Source: Candidatus Methylomirabilia bacterium (GTDB lineage Bacteria > Methylomirabilota > Methylomirabilia > Rokubacteriales > CSP1-6). Taken from it: DNA of 42,046 nucleotides. The translations under genes were made by a program, and so were the position numbers. Below the pieces are notes generated by a model. It saw nothing but the letters and a program-made list of their open reading frames with translations. It had not been told where the DNA came from and ran no database searches. Positions 18,462-27,303 of the stretch are shown here, one piece after another; the first letter of the stretch is position 1; every line of letters begins with the position of its first letter. Where the stretch lies: assembly GCA_041496385.1 (NCBI GenBank), contig JBGQEL010000031.1, positions 1-42,046 of the forward strand. The letters are read 5' to 3'.

Positions 18462-21359
18462 TCATCCGCGGGCTCGCAGAGGCAGTGTGAACGTGAAGGT
18501 CGCGCCCTGACCGAGCTGGCTCTTCACCCAGATCGTGCCTCCGTGCAGCTGGACGAACTTCCGCGAGAGCGTGAGCCCGAGTCCCGTCCCCTCGTGCTTC
18601 TTGGCGTGGTCGCTGCCGACCTGCCGGAACTCCTCGAAGACCGCCTCCTGGTCCTCGGGCGCGATGCCGACACCGGTGTCGCTGACCGCGACCTCGGCCA
18701 TGCCGTCCGCGGCGGCCGCGCGCACCTCGACGCGCCCGCCCTCGGGCGTGAATTTGACCGCGTTCGACAGGAGATTCAGGAGGACCTGCTTGATCTTGCG
18801 CTCGTCTCCGCGGACCGTCCCGAGCCGCGCGTCCACCACGACGTCGAGCCCGATCCCACGGCGCGACGCGCGCTCGCGCACGAGCGTCACCGCGTTGTCG
18901 ATCGCCTGCGGGAGCTCGAAGTCCGCGAGGTCGAGCTCCATGCGCCCGGCTTCGATCTTCGAGAGGTCGAGGATGTCGTTGATCAACGACAGGAGGTGGC
19001 GGCCGGAGGCGAGGATGTCCTTGAGGTACTCGTCCTGCTTGTCGTTCAGCTCCCCGAACATGCGCTCGATGAGAACCTCGGAGAAGCCGATGACCGCGTT
19101 GAGCGGCGTCCGCAGCTCGTGGGACATGTTCGCCAGGAACTCGGACTTGTGGAGGTTCGCGACCTCGAGCTGCCGGCGCTTCTCCTCGAGCTCCTGGAAC
19201 AGCCGGGCGTTCTGGATCGCCAGCACGGATTGCGTCGCGAACGTCTTGAGCAACTCCACGGTCTCGGGCGGGAACGATCCCGGGGCCCGCCGGTTCACGA
19301 CGAGCCCGCCGAGGATCGCGTCCTCACGGAGCAGCGGGACGGCAAGGAGCGCGCGGTGCCCCGTGCGCACGAGCACCTCCCGCACGCGACTCTGATAGGC
19401 GCCCTCCGCAAGGATGTCCGGGATCTGGACGGGCTCCCGGGTCTCCGCGGCGCGGCCCATGGCACCCTCGCCCCGCGCCAGCGGGAGGCTGCGGAGCTGC
19501 TCGACGAGCTCGGGCTCGAGGTTCTCCTGCGTCGCGCGCAGGCGGAACTGCTCCGTCGCGTCGTCGTACTCGTAGATGACCCCGAAGTCCGTCCCCGAAA
19601 GCTGGTTGGCGCGGCCGATGATCGTGGTGAGCACGGTCTCGAGGTCGAGCGTCGAGCTGACGGCGCGTCCCACCTCGCCCAGGACTTGCAGCTCCTCCAC
19701 CGAGCGGGCGAGCGCGCGCGTGCGTTCCTGCAGCTCGGTGAAGAGGCGCACGTTCTCGATCGCGATCACCGCCTGGTCGGCGAAGGTCTGCAGCAACGCG
19801 ATCTGCTTCTCGGAGAATGGCCGCACCTCGAGGCGGCGAATCACGATGACGCCGATCACCGCGTCCTCACGCGCCAGCGGCGTGACGAGAACGGTTCGAA
19901 ATCCGGAACCCCGCTGGAGAACCAGCCCCTCCGGGTATTCCCTCCGCGCAACATCGTCGAGGATGTCATGGAGGTGAATCGTCCGGCGTTCCAGCACGGC
20001 GCGGCCGGCGGGAGATCCCGGCGTGACAGGGCGGGCGACCGCCCCGGCGACGGGTACCGAGCCGAAGTGCGCCACCTGGCGCATTTCATCTCCCTCCACC
20101 CGGTGGATAAGAGCGTCGTTCGCGCCGCAGAGACGCGCGGCGCTCTCGGCCACCGCATCCAGCACCGGCTGCACATCCGTCGGCGATCTGGAGATGACGC
20201 GCAGGATCTCGCTCGTCGCCGTCTGCTGCTCGAGCGATTCGGTCAGCTCGCGGGTGCGCTCCTCGACCTTGCGCTCGAGGCCCGCGTACGACTCCTTGAG
20301 CTGGGCCGCCATGCTGTTGAACTGCTCGGCCAGCGTCTCCAGCTCGTCGCCGGTCTTCACCTCGATCCGCTGGTCCAGCTCGCCGGCGCCGATGCGCGCG
20401 GCGCCGATCTGGAGCGCGCGGATCGGCGTCACCATCTTGCGCGCGAGCAGCACGCTCGCCGCGATCGAGAGCGCGATGCCGACGAGCACGAGGATCACCG
20501 TCTGCTGGATCGCCGCGCGGAGCGGCGCGAACGCCTCCTCGAGCGGCTGCTCGACGAAGACCGACCAGCGGAGCCGCACGATCGCGGCCTGGGCGGTGAG
20601 GATCCGCTCGCCCTTGAGGTCGCGCGCGAGCGTGACCTCCTCAGCCTCGCCGCCGCCCGACGCGGCGAGCGCCGCCTTCACCTGCGCGAGCTCCGCGAGC
20701 GTGGTCTTCTGGAGGACGAGGCTGATGTCGGGATGCGCGATCAGCGTGCCCTGCCCGTCGACGACGAAGGCCTGACCCGCCTTGCCGACCTTCATCTGCG
20801 AGACGACGTCCCAGATGAACTTGAGGTTCACCTCGGCCACCGTGACGCCGGCGTCCTGGCCCGCGGCGCCGATCGCGATCGTCATGTACGGCTCGGACTC
20901 CTTGCGGAAGTAGACCGGGCCGTAGTAGATTCGGCCGGCCCGCGCCTGCCTGAACTTCGGCTCCCGCGAGGCGTCGAGCCCGCTGCCCACGACGTCCATC
21001 GCGAGCCGCGAGAGGCGGAGCTGCTCCTTGCCCTCGCCGTCGAGGTGGCTGATCTCGGTGATCGCGGGCGCCTGGCGCAGGAGGCGCAGGTAGTCCACGC
21101 GGCGCTGGGCGAGCTGGGCCGCGCGCGGGCCGAGCTGGGGCTGGGTCGTCCAGCCGATCTGCCGCTCGATGTCCTTGATGAAGTCCTCGATCTTCGCCGC
21201 GGCGGCGCGCGCCTTCTCGCGCTGGAGGACGACGAGCGCGGTCTTGTTCTGCTGGTAGGCGAGGTAGACGCCGATGACGCCGGAGGCGAGCAGCGGGCCG
21301 CTCACGAGGCCCGCGAGCACGATCACGTACTGGCGGAACAGACGCCCGCGTGACTTCAC
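18462..21359 (-). CDS. Sensor histidine kinase, Cache-HAMP-GAF-GAF-HisKA-HATPase
   Basis: TM, YYGPVYF..EPYMTIA and AFVVD..G.LIAHPD (dCache-like), TM, GDELETLAEQFN HAMP, two GAF repeats (..FSEKQIALLQTFADQAVIAIENVRLF; ..LLKTFATQSVLAIQNARLF), H-box SHELRTPLN, N and G boxes. Confidence 0.92.
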   Translation of the reverse strand: MKSRGRLFRQYVIVLAGLVSGPLLASGVIGVYLAYQQNKTALVVLQREKARAAAAKIEDFIKDIERQIGWTTQPQLGPRAAQLAQRRVDYLRLLRQAPAITEISHLDGEGKEQLRLSRLAMDVVGSGLDASREPKFRQARAGRIYYGPVYFRKESEPYMTIAIGAAGQDAGVTVAEVNLKFIWDVVSQMKVGKAGQAFVVDGQGTLIAHPDISLVLQKTTLAELAQVKAALAASGGGEAEEVTLARDLKGERILTAQAAIVRLRWSVFVEQPLEEAFAPLRAAIQQTVILVLVGIALSIAASVLLARKMVTPIRALQIGAARIGAGELDQRIEVKTGDELETLAEQFNSMAAQLKESYAGLERKVEERTRELTESLEQQTATSEILRVISRSPTDVQPVLDAVAESAARLCGANDALIHRVEGDEMRQVAHFGSVPVAGAVARPVTPGSPAGRAVLERRTIHLHDILDDVARREYPEGLVLQRGSGFRTVLVTPLAREDAVIGVIVIRRLEVRPFSEKQIALLQTFADQAVIAIENVRLFTELQERTRALARSVEELQVLGEVGRAVSSTLDLETVLTTIIGRANQLSGTDFGVIYEYDDATEQFRLRATQENLEPELVEQLRSLPLARGEGAMGRAAETREPVQIPDILAEGAYQSRVREVLVRTGHRALLAVPLLREDAILGGLVVNRRAPGSFPPETVELLKTFATQSVLAIQNARLFQELEEKRRQLEVANLHKSEFLANMSHELRTPLNAVIGFSEVLIERMFGELNDKQDEYLKDILASGRHLLSLINDILDLSKIEAGRMELDLADFELPQAIDNAVTLVRERASRRGIGLDVVVDARLGTVRGDERKIKQVLLNLLSNAVKFTPEGGRVEVRAAAADGMAEVAVSDTGVGIAPEDQEAVFEEFRQVGSDHAKKHEGTGLGLTLSRKFVQLHGGTIWVKSQLGQGATFTFTLPLRARG

Positions 21360-21360
21360 T

Positions 21361-22353
21361 TCATTCCACGACCCGGTCGGCGCGCTTGAGAAGCGCCTCG
21401 GGCACGGTGATGCCGAGGCTCTTCGCGGTCTCCTGGTTGATCGCGAGCGTGAGCTTCGTGGCCCCCTCCACGGCGAGGTCCCGCGGCCGGGCGCCCTTGA
21501 GGATCCTGGCGACGAGCGACGCCGCCTGGACGCCCTCCCAGTACGGGTCCGAGCCGTAGGAGGCGAGCGCGCCCTGCTGGATCCAGAGCGTCGTCGGGAA
21601 CACCGCGGGGAACTTCTGCGCGAGCGAGGCCTCGAGCATCTGCCCGGGGATCTCGAGCCGTGGCAGGTCGGGCGGCAGCATGCCGTCGCCGGGCTTGAGC
21701 TCGCGGAGCGCCTGCTGCACGTCGGCCGCGTTCCGCACCGAGCGCGCCAGCACCTCGACGCCGAACTGCGCGGCCACCTCCTGCGCCTTCTTCTGGGCGG
21801 CGACGGAGCCCGGATCGTCCGGGTGCGCGACGACGAGGACGCGGCGCACCCCCGGCGCGACGGATTTCAGGATCTCGAGGCGCTTCGGCACGAGCTCGGT
21901 CGTCATCGCCGAGACGCCGGTCACGTTCGCGCCCGGCAGCGCCAGATCCTTCACGAGGCCGGCGGCGACGGGGTCGCTCACGAGCGTGAAGACGATCGGG
22001 ATCGTCGCGGTCGCCGCCTTCGCGGCCTGCGCGGCGGCGGCGCCGTTGGCGAAGATCAGGTCCACCTTCTCCCGCACCAGCTCCTCGGCCGCGGGCGCCA
22101 CCGCCTGCTCCTTGCCGCGCGTGAAGCGGATCACGTAGCTGACGTCGCGGCCCTCGAGCAGGCCCTGCTGCTTGAGCCCGGTCTTGAGCCCCTCGACCAT
22201 CGGCGCGTTGCTCGCGAGCGAGGTGTTCAGGACGCCGATGCGATAGCGCTTCGCCGGCTGCTGGCCGCGCGCCTCCGCGAGCGGGAACGCGGCGACCGCG
22301 AGCAGCAGGAGGCCGAGCACGGCCAGGCGGCGGGTCCGGGTCATCGGGGTCAT
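21361..22353 (-). CDS. ABC-type substrate-binding protein (ABC_sub_bind / putative Trp-Tyr-binding family)
   Basis: Signal peptide, RIGVL, ATATIPIVF..DPVAAGLVKDLALPGANVTG, KRLEILK, ARILKGARP.DL.VE, INQETAKSLGITVP; alternative start 22344. Confidence 0.88.
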   Translation of the reverse strand: MTPMTRTRRLAVLGLLLLAVAAFPLAEARGQQPAKRYRIGVLNTSLASNAPMVEGLKTGLKQQGLLEGRDVSYVIRFTRGKEQAVAPAAEELVREKVDLIFANGAAAAQAAKAATATIPIVFTLVSDPVAAGLVKDLALPGANVTGVSAMTTELVPKRLEILKSVAPGVRRVLVVAHPDDPGSVAAQKKAQEVAAQFGVEVLARSVRNAADVQQALRELKPGDGMLPPDLPRLEIPGQMLEASLAQKFPAVFPTTLWIQQGALASYGSDPYWEGVQAASLVARILKGARPRDLAVEGATKLTLAINQETAKSLGITVPEALLKRADRVVE

Positions 22354-22354
22354 C

Positions 22355-22840
22355 TCAGGCCGATAGTGTCACAAGAAGCCGATCGATCGAGAGCTTCAGA
22401 CAGCGCTTGATCTCGTCGCGGCAGGCACGGTATGCGTCCTCGCCCTGCCCGACGGGGTCGCCGATGTCTCCGTCCGCCTCGCCGGAGAACTCGCGGAGCG
22501 TGAACACCGGCCGCCCGTCCGTCTCGACGAGGGCCGCCAGCGCCTGCTTCTGCTTGACGGTCATCGTGAGGATCAGATCGGCGCCCGCGACGACGTCCCC
22601 GTGCCGGCGGAGGTCCGTCGAGACGATGTCCGTCTCGGCGAGGTGGATGCCGTCCTCGCGGAGGACGATCCGCGCGTCGAGCGACGGGATCATGCCGTCG
22701 CGCGCGACGTTGCCGATGCCGCCCGAGCCGACGCGGATCGCGCGCCGCGCGCCGCGCTCGTCGAGCATCTGCTCCAGGAGGACCTGCGCCATCACACTCC
22801 GGCAGGTGTTCGCGTGACAGACGAAGAGCACGCTCCTCAC
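22355..22840 (-). CDS. Low-molecular-weight protein tyrosine phosphatase/ArsC-like protein
   Basis: GTGA-coupled start; VLFVCHANTCRS (Cx5R P-loop), ADLILTM, DIGDP. Confidence 0.88.
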   Translation of the reverse strand: MRSVLFVCHANTCRSVMAQVLLEQMLDERGARRAIRVGSGGIGNVARDGMIPSLDARIVLREDGIHLAETDIVSTDLRRHGDVVAGADLILTMTVKQKQALAALVETDGRPVFTLREFSGEADGDIGDPVGQGEDAYRACRDEIKRCLKLSIDRLLVTLSA

Positions 22841-23829
22841 GGCGCCTCCCACGGCGATTGCCACGCGCGCACGCCGGGGCCGAGCGCCTTCCACTCGTCC
22901 TTGGGCCGCTCGGCCAGGCTCTTGCCGAAGAGCGTGCCGGGCGGCTCCTTGAGGCTCCGGCCGAGCGTCGACGGGAAGAGCTTCACCAGCTCGGCTGGCG
23001 TCAGGCGCCGGTCGGCCTCGAGCCGGCGGATCGCCTGCGGCTGCGCGAGCAGCGTGTAGCCGTAGCCGAAGGAGTGGAAGACCTGGCCGTTGACGTCCCG
23101 GGCGGCGTCGCTCGCGAGGTAGACGACGAGGGGCGCGACGTTGTCGGGATCGCGCTCCGTGCCCACGGCCTGCTCGCTCGGCCACTTGCCCGTCTGCTCG
23201 AAGACCTCGCGCCCGCGGGGCGTGGAGTCGATCATGCGCGTCGCGCCGCTCGGCAGGATCGCGTTGGCGGTCACGCCGTACTTCGCCAGGGCGTTGGCCG
23301 TGGACCAGGTGAGCCCGAGGATCCCGGCCTTCGCCGCGGCGTAGTTCGGCTGGCCCGGCGCGCCGAGGGCGGAGACCGACGACATGCTGACGATGCGCCC
23401 GCCGCGCTGCTCGCGCATCGCGATCGAGGCCGCGCGGACGGTGTTGAACATGCCGTTCAGATGGACGCCGAGCACCGCGTCCCACTCGGCCTCGGTCATG
23501 TTGAAGACCATCCGGTCGCGGAGAATGCCGGCGACGTGCACGAGGATGTCGATCCGGCCGTAGGTCCGGATCACCTGCTCGACCATCGCCGTCGCCTCGG
23601 CGAAGTCGGCGACCGAGCCGAAGTTCGGCGCGGCCGCGCCGCCCGCCTTGACGATCTCGTCCATGACCTGGGCGGCCGGGCGCCGATCGCCCCCGTCGCC
23701 GGCGAGACTCACGCCGAGATCGTTGACGACGACCCTGGCCCCTTCCCTGGCGAGCGCGATCGCGATGCCGCGCCCGATGCCCCGCCCCGCACCCGTCACC
23801 AGCGCCGCCTTGCCGTCGAGCAGTCCCAT
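22837..23829 (-). CDS. Short-chain dehydrogenase/reductase (MFE-2/HSD17B4-like)
   Basis: TGAGRGIG, VVVNDLG, AGILRDR, NYAAAK (YxxxK). Confidence 0.92.
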   Translation of the reverse strand: MGLLDGKAALVTGAGRGIGRGIAIALAREGARVVVNDLGVSLAGDGGDRRPAAQVMDEIVKAGGAAAPNFGSVADFAEATAMVEQVIRTYGRIDILVHVAGILRDRMVFNMTEAEWDAVLGVHLNGMFNTVRAASIAMREQRGGRIVSMSSVSALGAPGQPNYAAAKAGILGLTWSTANALAKYGVTANAILPSGATRMIDSTPRGREVFEQTGKWPSEQAVGTERDPDNVAPLVVYLASDAARDVNGQVFHSFGYGYTLLAQPQAIRRLEADRRLTPAELVKLFPSTLGRSLKEPPGTLFGKSLAERPKDEWKALGPGVRAWQSPWEAP

Positions 23830-23831
23830 GG

Positions 23832-24743
23832 TCACTCCGGTAGAGGTCGGTAATACGGGTTCCCTGCCGTCGTCCACGCGCCCAGCATCTCGCGGAACTT
23901 GGGGCCCATCGGATCGATGCCGCGCATCGGCATCGTGCCGCGCCTGATCGTGAAGTCGTGCGGCGCCAGCTCGCCCGCGCGCACGAAGTGGCGCTCCGCC
24001 GCCTCGCGCCGGCCCCGCGCGAGGAGCCACTCGCCCAGGCCGAACTCGGCGCGGGCCTGCTGATCCCGCTCGGTCGGCAGCGACTGAAGCTGCCGCGCGC
24101 GCGCCTCGGGAATCGCCGGCGCCTCGCCCCTCACCCAGGCTCTCAGCGCCGCGAGGTGCGTGGCGGCCTCGAGGCCGGTGATGTGCTTGAAGGTGTCGGT
24201 GCCGAAGGCGACGTCGTTCGGCCGCACGATCCGTCCGCGCTCGTCGATCCAGAGCACCGTCGGCACGTTGACGATGTTGTAGAGGTCGGCGAGGAGGTGT
24301 TTGGTGTCGACGAGCGACGGGTGGGTCGGCTTCGCGGCCTCGATCCAGGGCCGCGCGTCGTCCGGGCTCTGGTCGAGCGCAACGGTGATCACCGTGAACC
24401 CGCGATCCCGCAGCTCCTCGTAGAGCGCCTGCCACACGGGCAGGTCGAGGCGGCACCCTCACCAGGATGCATACGCGACCAGCAGCACCTTCCTGCCGCG
24501 GTGCTGGGCCAGCGAGTGCGGGTGGCCCGCGAGGTCGGGCAGCGTGAAGTCGGGCGCCGCGAGCGAGGCTAGGGCGCGCGCCCGGTCGGCCGACGAGATG
24601 CCGAGGTACGCGGCGTGCTCGTCGAGATCGAGCGCGACCGGGCGCCCCTCGGCCTCCGCGCGCTTGGCCAGCTCGAGACCCAGGGCCTGGTCCATCTCGC
24701 CCGCGCGGGCGCCTTCGATGATCGTGAACGTGGGCTCGGCCAT
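23832..24743 (-). CDS. Putative selenoprotein: TlpA/AhpC-TSA thioredoxin-fold redoxin with C-terminal TPR-like helix (Sec at TGA 24461-24459)
   Basis: ORFs 24459-24743 and 23832-24437 share one frame, separated only by TGA: APDFTLPDL.G..HSL...RGRKVLLVAYASW-[TGA]-GCRLDLPVWQ...NVPTVLWIDERGRIV. The TGA falls at the redox-Cys position. Confidence 0.8.
24423..24458 (-). promoter_or_regulatory. Candidate bacterial SECIS hairpin
   Basis: Immediately 3' of the UGA: GGGUG...CCUGCC-CGUGU-GGCAGG-CGCUC. The 6-bp upper stem has a G-containing loop starting 21 nt after the UGA, and the lower GGGUG/CGCUC pairing is also possible. Confidence 0.65.
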
Positions 24744-24760
24744 TGCGACCCCCTTAACCT

Positions 24761-24963
24761 GGATTGTTCATGAACGAGATTGTCGATGTCGGACGGGTGG
24801 CGCCGCGGGCGGTGCCCGCGCGGCCGGCGAAGTGGGACCCCCTCGTCCCGTCCGCAGCTCGAAGAGCTGCGAATCGGGCGAGCGGGTGACGGAGCCGGGG
24901 CGCGGGCACCGCCCGCGGTGCCAGGACCCGTCCGCCTCGCGTGTGATCGTTCATGAATAGTCC
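24761..24963 (+). repeat. Nested inverted-repeat element (MITE-like or structured RNA)
   Basis: 17-bp terminal IR (GGATTGTTCATGAACGA / TCGTTCATGAATAGTCC), ~30-bp inner IR (24791-24820 / 24901-24933), and inner hairpins at 24834-24849 and 24853-24871. Confidence 0.7.
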
Positions 24964-24966
24964 TGG

Positions 24967-25755
24967 CTAGGTCGCATCGGGCGGCGCGCCCGCGCGGGCG
25001 GCCACGGCGAGATCGGCGGTCATGTCGCGCTGGATGGTCGGGCTCATCACGATCTCCTCGATCACGGTGCGCGGCGGCAGCGTGACGCAGAGGAGGATCG
25101 CGCGGGCGACGTCCTCGGCGCCCATCATCGTCGCGCGCGCCTTCGCGTCGGGGGGCAGCGGCCGCCGGTCGAGGATCGGCGTATCCACCTCGGCGGGCAT
25201 GATCGTCGTCGCGCGGATCCCCTTGTCGCGGAGCACGGTGTGGACGTGCCCCATCAGGTTCCGCACCGCGGCCTTCGCCGCGCCGTAGGGGGCGCCGCCG
25301 ATGAGCCCCGGCTTGAGCGCCGCCAGCGACGAGACCGTGACGATCGTGCCACCGCCGCGCGCGAGCATGCCCGGGAGCACCGCCTGGGTCAGCGCGTAGA
25401 CGCCGTTCAGGTTCACGTCGAGCACGCTGTCCCATTCCTCCTTGCCCACCCAGCGGACCGAGCGAGCCCGGCTCGAGTGCCCCGCGTTGTTGACGAGGAT
25501 GTCGACGCGCCCGAGCGCGTCCTGGGCGAAGCGCGCGAGCGCCACGGCCTCCGCGTGGCGCGCCACGTCCGCCTGGCGCGCCGTCGCCTGGCCGCCGGCC
25601 CGCTGGATCTCGCCGGCGACCAGCTCCAGCGGCTCCTTGCGCCGGCCCGCGATCACCACGTGCGCACCCTCCGCCGCCAGCATCTTCGCGGCCTCGCGGC
25701 CGATGCCGCTGCCGCCGCCCGTCACGATCGCCACCTGCCCGTCGAGGCTGCCCAT
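24967..25755 (-). CDS. Short-chain dehydrogenase/reductase
   Basis: TGGGSGIG, LVNNAG, YGAAK; GAGGAG RBS upstream. Confidence 0.92.
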   Translation of the reverse strand: MGSLDGQVAIVTGGGSGIGREAAKMLAAEGAHVVIAGRRKEPLELVAGEIQRAGGQATARQADVARHAEAVALARFAQDALGRVDILVNNAGHSSRARSVRWVGKEEWDSVLDVNLNGVYALTQAVLPGMLARGGGTIVTVSSLAALKPGLIGGAPYGAAKAAVRNLMGHVHTVLRDKGIRATTIMPAEVDTPILDRRPLPPDAKARATMMGAEDVARAILLCVTLPPRTVIEEIVMSPTIQRDMTADLAVAARAGAPPDAT

Positions 25756-25865
25756 CCTGTCTCCTCAGTCGAAGGTCACACGAGAATACTATGTTGTACC
25801 GGGCGCCGCGCGGCCGGTCGACCGCGGGTGGCCTGCGGCAGGCGCGCGTGGCTCCGACACGCGGG

Positions 25866-26495
25866 CTACCAGGCCCAGACCGGCTGCTCGAAGTGGGCGA
25901 CGCGCGTGGGGCGTCCGTGGACCACGACCTCGCGCACCTGGTAGATGACCGCGGCGGTCGGCGCGTGCACCAGGGTCTCGAGGATCGGCACCTGGATGAC
26001 CGGCCGGTCGCTCTCGGGGATCGTCACCAGGCGCGGCACGTCGGGCCCGTCGAGGTCGGCGAGCGGCACCCGGAAGACGCCCGCAACCTCCTCGGGGTTG
26101 GGCCGGAGGTCCAGGGCGCCGGCGCCCCAGACGACGACGGGCGTGATGACGAAGCCCGAGCGCGTGGGGTAGTCGTCGAGGAGCCCCAGCACCGCCGCCG
26201 GTGCCTGCGCGAGGCCCAGCTCCTCCTCGAGCTCCCGGAGCGCCGCACGCTCGGCGCTCTCCCCCGGGTCGAGGCGGCCCCCCGGCAGCGCCCACTGGCG
26301 CGCGTGGGCGCGCAGTCCGGCGGCCCGACGGGTGAGCAGGAAGCACGCACGCCCCGCCTCGTCCGGGACCAGGACGACAGCCACCGCCGCGGGCCGGCGG
26401 CCGTCGGCGGCGAGCGGTCGCCGTTCGAACGCGGCGAGGTTGGCGCGCGCCCGCTCGCGGAGCGCGTCGCCGAAGGGGTGCGCGGGGACGGTCAC
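25866..26495 (-). CDS. Nudix hydrolase, CoA pyrophosphatase (NudL-like)
   Basis: AAVAV, LLTRRAAGLRAHARQWALPGG (NuCoA-like motif), GESAERAALRELEEELG Nudix box, NPEEV. Confidence 0.88.
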   Translation of the reverse strand: MTVPAHPFGDALRERARANLAAFERRPLAADGRRPAAVAVVLVPDEAGRACFLLTRRAAGLRAHARQWALPGGRLDPGESAERAALRELEEELGLAQAPAAVLGLLDDYPTRSGFVITPVVVWGAGALDLRPNPEEVAGVFRVPLADLDGPDVPRLVTIPESDRPVIQVPILETLVHAPTAAVIYQVREVVVHGRPTRVAHFEQPVWAW

Positions 26496-26498
26496 GCC

Positions 26499-27290
26499 CT
26501 AGTACGCCGGGAGCTTCCCCGCCTTGACGCCGGTCTTCCGGACGGCGCCGACCTCCTCGCCGGCCTTGGCGGCCATGAACCGGCTGTCGCTCGCCAGCGT
26601 GACGAACTGGTAGCCGGCCTCGATCATCGTGAGCGCGTACGCGGCCGTCGCGTTGTGGATGCCCGCGACGACGCCGTGGCGCTTGCACGCGGCGACGATC
26701 TTCTGCTGGGCCTCGACCACGGGCGGGTCGGTCTGGTCGAGCCGCGGCTTGCAGCCGAGCGTCAGCGAGAGGTCGGAGGGCCCGACGTAGACCGCGTCGA
26801 TGCCCGGCACGCTCAGGATCTCGTCGATGTTCTTCACGGCCTCCGCGGTCTCGATCATGGGGATGACGAGCAGGCTCTCGTTGGCGTGGTCGCCGTAGTC
26901 GGCGCCGGCGTAGATGGAGGCGCGCACGGGCCCCCAGCTCCGGTAGCCGCGCGGCGCGTACTTGCTCGCGGCCACGAGGGCTTCGGCCTGGGCGCGGGTG
27001 TTGATCATCGGGCAGATCACGCCGTAGGCGCCCGCGTCGAGGATCTTCATGATCCGCGCCGGGTCGTTCCAGGGCACCCGCGCGAGCGGGATCACGCCCG
27101 TCGTCGAGACCGCCTGGAGCATGGTGACGGCAACCTGGTAGTCGACGACGCCGTGCTGCATGTCCACGGTGAGCGAGTCGAAGCCCTGGTGTGCCATCAC
27201 CTCCGCGGAGAAGGCGCTCGGAATCGAGAGCCAGCCGTTCACGACCGCCTCGCCGCGCTTCCAGATCGCCTTCAGCGTGTTCTCTCTCAC
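26499..27290 (-). CDS. HpcH/HpaI aldolase family protein
   Basis: GFDSLTVDMQHG, RVPWND, ILDAGAYGVICPMI, MIET, YVGPSDLSL. Confidence 0.92.
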   Translation of the reverse strand: MRENTLKAIWKRGEAVVNGWLSIPSAFSAEVMAHQGFDSLTVDMQHGVVDYQVAVTMLQAVSTTGVIPLARVPWNDPARIMKILDAGAYGVICPMINTRAQAEALVAASKYAPRGYRSWGPVRASIYAGADYGDHANESLLVIPMIETAEAVKNIDEILSVPGIDAVYVGPSDLSLTLGCKPRLDQTDPPVVEAQQKIVAACKRHGVVAGIHNATAAYALTMIEAGYQFVTLASDSRFMAAKAGEEVGAVRKTGVKAGKLPAY

Positions 27291-27303
27291 GATCCTCTCC
27301 TTC

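Noticed and set aside
18543..21353. 936-aa plus-strand ORF and similar long antisense ORFs (138-1664, 5344-7251, 9764-11356, 36044-37429)
   Set aside because: Antisense shadows of real high-GC3 genes; no recognisable motifs or RBS.
24790..24935. tRNA-Sec (selC) or a known riboswitch next to the selenoprotein
   Set aside because: No UCA anticodon arm, T-loop or CCA end, and no riboswitch consensus that I can recognise; an Rfam search would be decisive.
24754..24954. 66-aa and 138-aa ORFs across the hairpin element
   Set aside because: Low-complexity Arg/Ala/Gly translations; the nested inverted repeats explain the sequence better.
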